A stretch of 32,000 nucleotides of DNA from an uncultured archaeon (GTDB taxonomy: Archaea; Iainarchaeota; Iainarchaeia; Iainarchaeales; Iainarchaeaceae), in assembly GCA_964577555.1 (NCBI GenBank), contig CAZNZM010000003.1:74047-106046 (forward strand). The letters are read 5' to 3'. Position 1 is the stretch's first letter. The number at the start of each line of letters is the position of its first letter. The position numbers were made by a program, and so were the translations under genes. The notes beneath the pieces were generated by a model. The model did not search any database and was not told the origin of the DNA. It saw only the letters and a program-made list of their open reading frames with translations. This document shows positions 8,810 through 17,229 of the stretch, in pieces.

Positions 8810-9607
8810 ATGGGAATAAAGCCACTGATAGCAATAATGACGATATTGCTTGCAAGCATAGCAGCAAGCCAAATTGTTGGATTTCAAGATACAATCTCTA
8901 TAGGTGAAACTCCTTACGAATACATATTTCATGTAATAAACAATTCTAATGAACAAAAACCATTATTGATTGAATATCATTTTCCTGTAAAATATGAAAA
9001 AATAAGCCAACCTGTTTTTATAGAGCCACAAACCCAAGAACAAATAAAAATCAAAATTTATCCTTCAAAAAAACTTGAAGGTTCAACATATGTAGGCACA
9101 ATAAAAGTCCAAATAGGCAGCGAGTTCGCAGAAAAAAATCTTATAATGGAATTCAAAAAAGAAAACAAGTGCACGATAAAGCCAGAGGCAGAGTTTGATA
9201 GTTCAGGCAGCGTAAAACTAAAATTGGTAAATCCATCTTATAATCAAAAGTCAATTGAATTAAAATCCATTAAAGGCCCAAATGATTGGGAGATAATTGG
9301 TGACAAAAATTTTATAATAAACCCGAACGAAATCAAAGAAACAAGCACAAAAATAAAAATGAAAACAACTTATTCAGGTTCTGTTGTATTTGTATTCTCA
9401 TGCCACAACGAAGAAATATTAGCAGAAGCCAAAATAGAGCACTTTGAAAAAGATGTTTTGCAACAAATTACTGGGTTGTTTACTGCAAGCCAATTCAAAA
9501 TTGATGCCACGTCTCTTGCAATTAATTTGCTATTAGGCATAGTGGCTGCAATACTTTTATTGGCTTTCATAGCAAGGTTAACAAAGTTTTATATGGTGAA
9601 AAAATGA
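8810..9607 (+). CDS. Small secreted/membrane-anchored protein (signal peptide and C-terminal TM)
   Basis: 265 aa. N-terminal hydrophobic MGIKPLIAIMTILLASIAASQIVG, C-terminal TM SLAINLLLGIVAAILLLAFIARLTKFYMVKK. ATGA overlap with the next gene. Confidence 0.85.
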   Translation: MGIKPLIAIMTILLASIAASQIVGFQDTISIGETPYEYIFHVINNSNEQKPLLIEYHFPVKYEKISQPVFIEPQTQEQIKIKIYPSKKLEGSTYVGTIKVQIGSEFAEKNLIMEFKKENKCTIKPEAEFDSSGSVKLKLVNPSYNQKSIELKSIKGPNDWEIIGDKNFIINPNEIKETSTKIKMKTTYSGSVVFVFSCHNEEILAEAKIEHFEKDVLQQITGLFTASQFKIDATSLAINLLLGIVAAILLLAFIARLTKFYMVKK

Positions 9608-11739
9608 AAACCCTAAATGCAATCCTGTTAATAGTTTTGTCAATATTTTCCTGTAGCTTTGTGCAATCCTCGAATAATCCTATATTTGAAGGGATTCCTG
9701 ATATTTCAATATATGAAAACTCCGGCAAATTGCAAAAAATAATTAATCTCAATCAATATGCGACAGGAGAAGAAATAAACCCTCTAAATTATGAAATAAC
9801 AAGACAAACAAACAATAACCTTATAGATTGTTTTATTGAGGAAAACATATTCGTAACGTGCAATGCACCACAAAAAGATTCAATAGGAATGTCTTCAATA
9901 ACCATAAAAGCCACTGATAGTAATGGAGCTTCAAAAGAGGATACTTTCAACATAGTAATATCAAAAAGATTGGAGCCTAAAGAAACAATTGTTGTTCTTG
10001 AAAGAAAAAAGGTAAGCTTGGCTCCAGGCACTTCAATAGCAATAATGTTTGAGGCTACAAACAATACTGGCGAAAAAGAATGCTATGAAATAAATTCAAA
10101 ATTGCCTAATGAAGACTTGACAGAAGTAGAAATAAAACCTGCAAAAAATCAATTTTGCATTGAAGATAAACAAACAATCCAATTTTCAATTTTCATAAGC
10201 GCGTTTGAAAGCGCAAGAACAAAAACTTATTATCCTACTTTTAACATAATTTCTTCCAAAGGACCAACAATAACACAAAACCTTGAAGTGGATGTATCAA
10301 ATACTAGCAACTTTTTAAGCATTGAAAGAGCAAGCGGTTATTTTGTATGTAAAAATCCGTATAAACAGAAAATACAATTGGATTTTCAAAACAACATTGG
10401 AAACGATGCAGGTTCAAGCCAGGAATTCAATTTGTCAGCAAGCAATCCTGTTCTTCTTCCTGAATTTGAGTATCCTAAAATAAGTTTAAGGCCAAGCGAA
10501 CAAGTGGGAATTGGGCTTATGATAAACACAAATCCTGGAACTGCATTTGGAGAATATGCAATAAAAATAACTGCTGAAAACAAAGATTACAAAATAAAAA
10601 GGGAAATAAAAATCAATTTGATTGAATGCGAAGAAGACATAATTGATGTCTATATAAATCCTGAAATAATGGATTTGAAGAAAGGGCAACAAAAAACTGC
10701 AATAATAACCATTTTCAATAAAAGCAAAGAAGAACAGGAAGTATTTGTTAATTCGGAAGGGGATTTGGAAAATAAAGTTGAATCTGTTTTTATAAAATTA
10801 AAACCGCAAGAACAAAAGAAAATAAATTTGGATATAAAAGCAAGGGAACAGGACGAAAAAGGAGAGTATGATTTGATTGTTTATGTTTGGAATTCAAAAG
10901 AAAGTGAAAAGAAAAAAATACAAGTGAATGTTCGTGCAGAGCACAATATAGAATTGGAAATATCTGGCAATGACTATCAAAGAAATATGATTGTTCAAGG
11001 GGAAAACAAAGTATTTGAGTTGACAATTTACAATTATGGGGATTATGAAGAAACAATTAAAGCTTCAGTAAAAGAATTTGGCGGGATAAAAGCAAAACTC
11101 TCGGAAGAAAACTTTAAAATCAAAAAAAACAGCAGCAAAAAAATATATGTTGCAATTACCCCTGGTTATGAAGTTGTTCCAGGAAATTATGAAGTGCCAA
11201 TAACAGCAAGGTCTGATAGTGATGGCGCCAGTCAAAATCTCAAAATAACGATTGTTAAAGCAATGCAAAAAATTGATTTGGATATTGTATCTTATCCTTT
11301 GCAAATAGAAGCGGTTCAAGGGCAAGAAAAGGAAATAAGCCTTGTAATAAAAAACAATTTGCCAAGCGAAGTAAAAAATGTAATAATTTCCATCGCAGAA
11401 AATGGAAAATATTTTATAATGCAGCCAGTGGCAATTGAAAGGCTTAATGGATTTGAATCAGTTGAAATTAAGGCTGGAATACAACCAATTGAAAGCCTTG
11501 AAGATGGAGTTTATCCTGTTAAAATAGAAATAATTTCAAATAATTTTAAAAAAAGCCAAGAAATGGTAATTAAAGTGGAAAGAGAAAAAATTTCGCAAAA
11601 ATTGGCTACTCCTGCAACAGGGCTTTTCAGCCTGACAAGTGGTGGCATAATATTGTCGGCGATAATAGTTTTGATAATAGCAATCCTTGCAGGAATAGGC
11701 GCCAATAAACTTATGCAGGGAAAACCGAATACAACGTGA
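9604..11739 (+). CDS. Membrane-anchored surface protein with one N-terminal repeat of the upstream family and COG1470/NEW3-like beta domains
   Basis: 711 aa. Signal peptide LNAILLIVLSIFSCSFVQS, domain with LIDCFIEENIFVTCNAPQKD matching the repeats of the 5963 gene, and C-terminal TM GGIILSAIIVLIIAILAGIGANKLM. Overlaps its neighbours by 4 bp on each side. Confidence 0.88.
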   Translation: MKTLNAILLIVLSIFSCSFVQSSNNPIFEGIPDISIYENSGKLQKIINLNQYATGEEINPLNYEITRQTNNNLIDCFIEENIFVTCNAPQKDSIGMSSITIKATDSNGASKEDTFNIVISKRLEPKETIVVLERKKVSLAPGTSIAIMFEATNNTGEKECYEINSKLPNEDLTEVEIKPAKNQFCIEDKQTIQFSIFISAFESARTKTYYPTFNIISSKGPTITQNLEVDVSNTSNFLSIERASGYFVCKNPYKQKIQLDFQNNIGNDAGSSQEFNLSASNPVLLPEFEYPKISLRPSEQVGIGLMINTNPGTAFGEYAIKITAENKDYKIKREIKINLIECEEDIIDVYINPEIMDLKKGQQKTAIITIFNKSKEEQEVFVNSEGDLENKVESVFIKLKPQEQKKINLDIKAREQDEKGEYDLIVYVWNSKESEKKKIQVNVRAEHNIELEISGNDYQRNMIVQGENKVFELTIYNYGDYEETIKASVKEFGGIKAKLSEENFKIKKNSSKKIYVAITPGYEVVPGNYEVPITARSDSDGASQNLKITIVKAMQKIDLDIVSYPLQIEAVQGQEKEISLVIKNNLPSEVKNVIISIAENGKYFIMQPVAIERLNGFESVEIKAGIQPIESLEDGVYPVKIEIISNNFKKSQEMVIKVEREKISQKLATPATGLFSLTSGGIILSAIIVLIIAILAGIGANKLMQGKPNTT

Positions 11740-13145
11740 AAAATATGCGAAAAAATTTTTTTTCCTTGATAATAATGTTGCTTTTATTAGGGTTTGCTAA
11801 TTCAGAATATTTTGAAGGAAATTGCACAATATCTTTGCAGCCATGTGAAATAACAAGCTTTAAAATTCAAATCTGCAATGATACAAAAGAAAGCAAGGAA
11901 TACAATCCATTCATAATAGGTAATTCAAGTTGGGTTAAAACAGTGCCTGAATCTTTGAATGTGATGCCTGGTGCTTGCGGTAAAATAACAATATTTGCAA
12001 CTCCAAGTTGTTTGGTAAAAAAAGGAGAATATGATTTTGAAGTTGGTGTTAAAGAAATTGAAAGTGTAAAAAAAACTTGTAAACTTAACATTTTAAGTAA
12101 TTCTGCGCCAAAAATTTCAATTCAACCAAGTTACTTGTTTGCAAATAAATGTGGTAATGCGAACTTTTTGATTAACTTGAAAAACAACGAAAGCAAAATT
12201 TCAAGAGTATTGATTGTTTTGCAGACAAATCCTGAAAATATTGTTGGGTTTCCAAGCCAGGAAGTGCTTTTGCGTGGAAACGAAGAAAAAAGCATTCCTG
12301 TGAATTTGGCAATACCTTGTGAAACGCAATTGAAAGAGTTGAATTTTAATGCAACAGCGGTATTGCAGAACAATCAAAAGAGCATTGCTGTTTCATTGAT
12401 AAAAATTTTGGAAGAACATCAAATTGACAGAGAACAAAGCGTTGAAAGCCGAAATATTAACAATGGTTTTGAAGAAGGGGAGTCATCATACAATATTAAT
12501 GCCTTTGAAATCAATCAATTTTTTGAACCTGGAATTGAAATATCAAAAACAGATTTTGTGGAAAAAATTTGTTTAGGAGAAGATAACTTTGTGGATTTAA
12601 TTGTGCATAATAAAACTTCTCAAACATTTGTTGGAAATGTTCGCATAAAAGGCGGCGAAGCTGTTGTGGCAAAAGACACTATTGAAATAAATCCTGGTTC
12701 TAATTCTGAAATAAGATTAATAGTAAATCCGAAAATCACTAGTCATAAAAAATTGCCGTTTAAGAAAAATTTGACAATTGTATTGTCTTCGGGTTATGTA
12801 AGAATAGAAAAGGATTTTACTTTTGATTTTTTGAATTGTTATGTGGGAAGTGAAGGCGTATCAGTTGAAAATTCCCGAGAAGAAGTAAATAAAATTGACT
12901 ATGGGTTAATTAAAGATAATAACGGGCAATCAAACAATGTTGGTGACAAAAATTTGTTTGACGCTAACAAGTTGCAAGGCTTTGACAAAAACTCTAATGT
13001 ACAAAAATTGTTGACTGATGCAATGGCTAATTTGGTAAATAAAACTTTTGGCTTTGCTTCAAAACCTGTTTATTTTTTTGCATTTCTCATTGTGATAACA
13101 ATTGTGGTTATTTTTGTTTCAATTTATAGAAAAATCAATGAATAA
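11736..13145 (+). CDS. Cys-containing secreted protein with C-terminal TM anchor
   Basis: 469 aa, GTG start overlapping the previous stop (GTGA). Signal-like N terminus KNFFSLIIMLLLLGFANS and C-terminal TM VYFFAFLIVITIVVIFVSIYRKINE. Confidence 0.85.
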   Translation: MKNMRKNFFSLIIMLLLLGFANSEYFEGNCTISLQPCEITSFKIQICNDTKESKEYNPFIIGNSSWVKTVPESLNVMPGACGKITIFATPSCLVKKGEYDFEVGVKEIESVKKTCKLNILSNSAPKISIQPSYLFANKCGNANFLINLKNNESKISRVLIVLQTNPENIVGFPSQEVLLRGNEEKSIPVNLAIPCETQLKELNFNATAVLQNNQKSIAVSLIKILEEHQIDREQSVESRNINNGFEEGESSYNINAFEINQFFEPGIEISKTDFVEKICLGEDNFVDLIVHNKTSQTFVGNVRIKGGEAVVAKDTIEINPGSNSEIRLIVNPKITSHKKLPFKKNLTIVLSSGYVRIEKDFTFDFLNCYVGSEGVSVENSREEVNKIDYGLIKDNNGQSNNVGDKNLFDANKLQGFDKNSNVQKLLTDAMANLVNKTFGFASKPVYFFAFLIVITIVVIFVSIYRKINE

Positions 13146-13343
13146 ATTATTTTGAAATCTTTTGGCAGACATGGTAAAATTAGTTAGATTGGCCGAATAT
13201 TTTGTTTGCTTGTTTGTCTTGCCAAAAATTTGGCATTTTTGCACCCTAAAACAAGAAGTCATTTTCATAAAAAAGTTTTTTTTCATGGCTTGCGGCAATG
13301 AAAAGATATTTAAACAATAAGTATGATTTTAGTTAATTGTATT

Positions 13344-13445
13344 GGGAGTTAAGGGGGTAAGCTATACTGCCATGGGTTGTTGAAATCCAGCTCCGGACGG
13401 GAAACGGAGTCGGCAGATCCCTGGCTTACCTCTTGCATTTTTTTT
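13344..13445 (+). ncRNA. Putative structured non-coding RNA with a three-way junction fold and T-tract terminator; family unknown
   Basis: G+C-rich island (about 55% by my count over 89 nt) in a very AT-rich intergenic region. Nested pairings: 13354-13362 with 13424-13432 (GGGGUAAGC/GCUUACCUC with one GU), 13367-13371 with 13412-13416 (CUGCC/GGCAG), hairpin 13373-13378/13384-13389 and hairpin 13391-13395/13405-13409 (CUCCG/CGGAG). TATA-like atatttaaa lies at 13306-13314, upstream, and a T8 run at 13438-13445, downstream. Confidence 0.6.
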
Positions 13446-13526
13446 GTTAATCGCTAATTTTTTGATTTATTAAATTTTTTGCATGTTTTTTTTATATGTG
13501 GTTTAAATTTGTTAAAAGCTTTTTGA

Positions 13527-13643
13527 GCGGAGATGGCTGAGTGGTCCAAAGCGCACGCCTGGAATGCAATTTTAAAAATTTGTGAGATTGCCTTGTCAGC
13601 GTGTTCCCGAAAGGGAGCATGGGTTCGAATCCCATTCTCCGCG
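13527..13643 (+). tRNA. tRNA-Ser(GGA) with 33-nt intron (13565-13597)
   Basis: Acceptor GCGGAGA/TCTCCGC, anticodon arm CACGC-CTGGAA|intron|A-GCGTG, long variable arm TCCC-GAAA-GGGA, T arm ATGGGTTCGAATCCCAT, discriminator G. Boundaries fit a bulge-helix-bulge with intron stem GCAAT/ATTGC and one mismatch in the central helix. Confidence 0.93.
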
Positions 13644-13870
13644 TTTGTTTTTATATAAAAGCAAATTGTCGAATCATATATAATAGTTGTAGTGTCTGTT
13701 TTTTGTGGCATGAATGCTTTCAAAGATTTTTAAAGCTTGTAAGCAAAAAATGGTAAAGCTAATTAATTTCTGAGGTTTTGATTTTGGCAGGTCTTAGATT
13801 ATTTTTTTGTTCGTATTTTGGAAAATATGCAAAACGAAATTATTAATAATAGTTAAATGATTTGGTTATT

Positions 13871-14077
13871 ATGGTTGATAAAAAATCTCCTCAATTGTCT
13901 CCATTAAGTAGAATTACGTTGGGTCTTAATAGAGAAGGTCAGGGGTTGTTTGGCCCATTTTTAGGAAGGTTTACTAATAAAAAATATTCCGGTTCAGAGC
14001 CAAAAAATAGATTGCCTGGTGTTACACCTAAAAAGAGGGGGCGTCTTGGAAAATTTTTTTCAAGGCTTGCTAAATAA
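13871..14077 (+). CDS. Small basic hypothetical protein
   Basis: About 68 aa from ATG 13871 (the track uses TTG 13862): MVDKKSPQLSPLSRITLGLNREGQGLFGPFLGRFTNKKYSGSEPKNRLPGVTPKKRGRLGKFFSRLAK. Coding-like composition and no competing ORF. Confidence 0.55.
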   Translation: MVDKKSPQLSPLSRITLGLNREGQGLFGPFLGRFTNKKYSGSEPKNRLPGVTPKKRGRLGKFFSRLAK

Positions 14078-14256
14078 TTAATTTATTTGAAACTTTTGTT
14101 TTTGTTGTTAAATGTAAAATTTTTTTATTCTGATACGCTATTTTTTGTTTTGTGTTTTTTTATTAGAGTAGCTTTAAGAGTTTTTAGTATTTGTCAAAGT
14201 AAAATCAAAATTGGCTTGTTTTTTTTGTAGGACAAATTGTTTGTTGAATGTTAATT

Positions 14257-15033
14257 TTAAAGGCACCCTGCTTTTGCAAAGTCTGTCGCTTTGAGGTCGT
14301 ATAAATATTCAATGTATTGGGTTTTATCTAGCCATATAGTTAGTTTCAATTTGCCAGGCGAATTTCCGATGAACAAGTATGGTGCCTGTTCTCTTGCCAT
14401 GTCTTTTTGGTAAATTTCAATTGGTTTTCCTGCTTTGACTGTGAATTTGTATGAATTTTTTGTTTGAACGCTGTCAGTGATTTCGCCTATTTCTGATTTC
14501 AAAGTGAGTGTTTTGGTATAGGAAAAATCTGTTGTGCCTGTGTTTTTCATGTTTATTATTTTAATTGCCAATCCTTGTTTTCCGTTAAAATTTGGTGCGC
14601 AGAAGAATACTAATGATTCTATTTTTATGTTTTCAAGTTTGGTTGCTGTTGGTTCTGGTTTTGGTTCGCAATTGCAATTTTTGCATATTTGGTTTGTTGA
14701 GCAATCGGAATCGGTTTCACATTGTTCTGAGTCGTCTTTTTTTCCGTCGCCGCATATTGGAGCGGTGGCTTTGTTTTTGTTTTCGGTTTGTGTTTGTTCT
14801 TCTTGTTTTTTTTCTTTTGGTTCGTTGTTTGATTTTATGTTTTCTTCTTGGTTTATTTTGTCTATTATAGGGGTTTCGTCAGTTATTGGTTTTATTTCAG
14901 TGGTTTGGTTTTTGTTTTCTGAATCCATGAAAAAAACAACAAAACCGGTAATTGCTATGACTCCTACAAGTGCAATGAATAAGAATACAAATGCGACAAT
15001 TAAGCCAATCGCGATTAATTTGTCTTTGTTCAT
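14257..15033 (-). CDS. Membrane-anchored extracellular protein with Cys-rich CGDG...C...C motif
   Basis: 258 aa. N-terminal TM LIAIGLIVAFVFLFIALVGVIAITGFVVFF, charged linker, APICGDGKKDDSEQCETDSDCSTNQICKNCNCEP, then a C-terminal domain. Confidence 0.85.
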   Translation of the reverse strand: MNKDKLIAIGLIVAFVFLFIALVGVIAITGFVVFFMDSENKNQTTEIKPITDETPIIDKINQEENIKSNNEPKEKKQEEQTQTENKNKATAPICGDGKKDDSEQCETDSDCSTNQICKNCNCEPKPEPTATKLENIKIESLVFFCAPNFNGKQGLAIKIINMKNTGTTDFSYTKTLTLKSEIGEITDSVQTKNSYKFTVKAGKPIEIYQKDMAREQAPYLFIGNSPGKLKLTIWLDKTQYIEYLYDLKATDFAKAGCL

Positions 15034-15110
15034 AATTAGAATATTGTAATATGTGATAGTATTTAATAGTTTTTATAATCCGGTTTTTTTACTATTTAAT
15101 GCGTGTTGGC

Positions 15111-15207
15111 GCCCTTGTAGTATAGGCTGGATAGAATGCAAGGTTCCGGTCCGTTTTGGTTTTCGGGGGATTACCTTGAGACCCGGGTTCAAATCCCGGC
15201 AAGGGCT
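15111..15207 (+). tRNA. tRNA, probably Arg(CCG), with 23-nt anticodon-loop intron (15150-15172)
   Basis: Acceptor GCCCTTG/CAAGGGC, T arm CCGGG-TTCAAAT-CCCGG, anticodon stem CAAGG/CCTTG, loop TTCCGG|A. Perfect bulge-helix-bulge: TTCC/GGGA 4-bp central helix, bulges GG|T and TT|A, intron stem CCG/CGG. The D-arm/anticodon-arm junction and discriminator T are non-canonical. Confidence 0.78.
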
Positions 15208-15219
15208 TTATTATTGTCA

Positions 15220-16011
15220 TTAAAAATAAAATGATTCTATTTTTCCGGTTTCTGGAGAGTATGCTAAGAATCTGAAATTGTTGAATAAATTGTTTTCTTT
15301 TTTTGGCATTCCTGTGAATTCCAAATCGTAGGAAATTAACATTATTTTGGCTTTGTCATAATCTCCGCCGAATTGTTTTAAATATTCGCCTGCAGTAATT
15401 TTTCCTAATAATTCCATTGCATTCATTTCTCTTTTTCTAATTATTTTATATCCGACTCTTTGAAATAGATTAAGAAATCTTTCCAGAAAAACATCAGGAG
15501 CATATGCTTTTCCGTTATTGACAGCTATTGCGTGTTGAGTTGCTATTCGCAATAATGGAATGGCTAAACCGCGTTTTTCAAAAAGATTTAGTATAAGGTG
15601 AGCCATGTCATTAGGATCGCAATTGACAAAATTTGTTGTACTTTTTTCTTTTCCTGATTTGCCAAGTTTGAAAATTATTAATCTGTTTTTCATTGGGTCA
15701 AATCTAACAGTATATATTTCTCCATCTAAAATTACTGGCATTACTAATTTTTCTCCGCTTGGCAAAAAGTTTTCAAAAAAAATTGGTTTTTCGCCGAAAT
15801 AAAACACCATTTTGCCTTTATTGAATGCCGCTTCCCTTTCTTTTATTGGCGCGATTTCCAAGAGTTGGGCTGGTGTGACAAATTGTAGGTATTTTCTTTT
15901 CAACCAAAGGCTTTTCAATATTCTGCGATTTTTTTGTCTTTCCTTAACATTACCCCCTTTTCCAAGGATTTGCCTTATTGTTTCGTCTGGCAAAAATCTT
16001 TTTTTTGGCAT
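15220..16011 (-). CDS. Hypothetical protein
   Basis: 263 aa ORF downstream of tgt on the same strand, with a well-formed globular composition. No family recognised. Confidence 0.8.
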   Translation of the reverse strand: MPKKRFLPDETIRQILGKGGNVKERQKNRRILKSLWLKRKYLQFVTPAQLLEIAPIKEREAAFNKGKMVFYFGEKPIFFENFLPSGEKLVMPVILDGEIYTVRFDPMKNRLIIFKLGKSGKEKSTTNFVNCDPNDMAHLILNLFEKRGLAIPLLRIATQHAIAVNNGKAYAPDVFLERFLNLFQRVGYKIIRKREMNAMELLGKITAGEYLKQFGGDYDKAKIMLISYDLEFTGMPKKENNLFNNFRFLAYSPETGKIESFYF

Positions 16012-16109
16012 AAATAAACTACTTTCTATATTAAAAAATAATTATGGCTTTTTTTGGCTAAATTCTATTTTTTTATTAGAGCTTTTTGGCTGGTTTAATA
16101 TTTTGTGTT

Positions 16110-17186
16110 TTATTTTTCTTTGAATTTGCCGTTTATTATTTCTTCTCTTATTTTTTTCAATTCTGCATTAACAAAGAATAGGTTGTGGTAACTCAGATAT
16201 TTTCCAGCGTTTTCTTCTTTTGTTTTAAAAAGGTGGTGTAAATATGCTTTAGAATAATTTTTGCAAACCATGCATTCGCATTTTTTGTCTATCGGGTTTT
16301 TGTCGTTTTTGAAAACTGCCGAACCAATGTTTATGTTCCCTTTATGCGTGAAAGCTCTTCCATGTCTTGCTGTTCTTGTCGCAAAGCAAGAGTCGAAACA
16401 ATCCACGCCTAGCGAAACTGCTTTTCTTATGTCTTCTATTGAACCTACTCCCATCAGGTATATTGGTTTGTCTTTTGGAAGCATTGGCAGTGCATTGTTT
16501 ATTGCTTTGTACATGTTTTCTTTTGTTTCTCCTATTGCCAAACCGCCTATGGCGAAACCGTCAAAGCCGAGAGATGATATTTGTTTTGCGCTTTTTTCTC
16601 TTAATGGCTTGTGTGTTCCTCCTTGGCATATTCCGAAAAGCAGTTGGTTTTTTTTGTTGTGGGCTTCAATGCATCTTTTAGCCCAGCTTGTTGTTCTTTG
16701 TACTGCTTCTTCAATTCTCTTTAGTGGTTCTCCTGCTTTTGGAACATCGTCAAGGCACATTGCAACGTCTGAACCTATTTTTTCTTGTATTTTGATTGAG
16801 TATTCTGGCGTGAAAAGGTTTTTTTTTCCTGTAAATGGGTTTCTGAAAGTTACTCCTTCGTCGGAAAGCATTAGTCTGAATTCGTCGCTCAATACTTGGA
16901 ATCCTCCTGAGTCTGTAAATATTGGTTTTTCCCATGAAATGAATTTGTGAAGTCCGCCAAAATCGTTTATAATTTCAACTCCTGGTTTTAATGAGAGTAT
17001 GAATGCGTTGGATATTATGCATTTTGTGCCAATTGCTTTTAGTTCGTCCATTGAAACGTGTTTTACTGATCCTTTGGTTGCTACAGGCATGAAAAATGGT
17101 GTTTCAATGGTGCCGTGTTGTGTTTTTAGCAATCCGGCTCTGCCACTATTTTTGTCTGTTTCTGCTTCTATTTTGAAAGTTTGCAT
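16110..17186 (-). CDS. tgt: tRNA-guanine transglycosylase, bacterial-type architecture
   Basis: 358 aa. GTIETPFFMPVATKGSVKHV, FTDSGGFQVLS, GFAIGGLAIGE, YLMGVGSIEDI, FDSCFATRTARHGRAFT, and the zinc-binding CECMVCKNYSKAYLHHL. No C-terminal PUA extension. Confidence 0.95.
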   Translation of the reverse strand: MQTFKIEAETDKNSGRAGLLKTQHGTIETPFFMPVATKGSVKHVSMDELKAIGTKCIISNAFILSLKPGVEIINDFGGLHKFISWEKPIFTDSGGFQVLSDEFRLMLSDEGVTFRNPFTGKKNLFTPEYSIKIQEKIGSDVAMCLDDVPKAGEPLKRIEEAVQRTTSWAKRCIEAHNKKNQLLFGICQGGTHKPLREKSAKQISSLGFDGFAIGGLAIGETKENMYKAINNALPMLPKDKPIYLMGVGSIEDIRKAVSLGVDCFDSCFATRTARHGRAFTHKGNINIGSAVFKNDKNPIDKKCECMVCKNYSKAYLHHLFKTKEENAGKYLSYHNLFFVNAELKKIREEIINGKFKEK

Positions 17187-17229
17187 TTGTATTAAGCTGG
17201 TATTAATATAATTTAAAAATTTACTAGTC

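Noticed and set aside
13344-13432. G+C-rich island as a tRNA
   Set aside because: The closing stem could mimic an acceptor, but there is no T-arm (no TTCRA loop next to the 3' stem) and no anticodon arm of correct geometry.
13344-13432. G+C-rich island as SRP RNA, RNase P RNA or an H/ACA or C/D guide
   Set aside because: It is too short for SRP or RNase P and lacks the conserved SRP helix 8 GGAAGS..AGCA-type core, RNase P conserved regions, a 3' ACA box, and C/D boxes.
13454-13723. Minus-strand ORF 13454..13723
   Set aside because: It is antisense across the complete tRNA-Ser gene and has no domain support.
14534-15049. + strand ORFs 14534..15049 and 14592..14870
   Set aside because: They are shadows of the 14257..15033 membrane protein.
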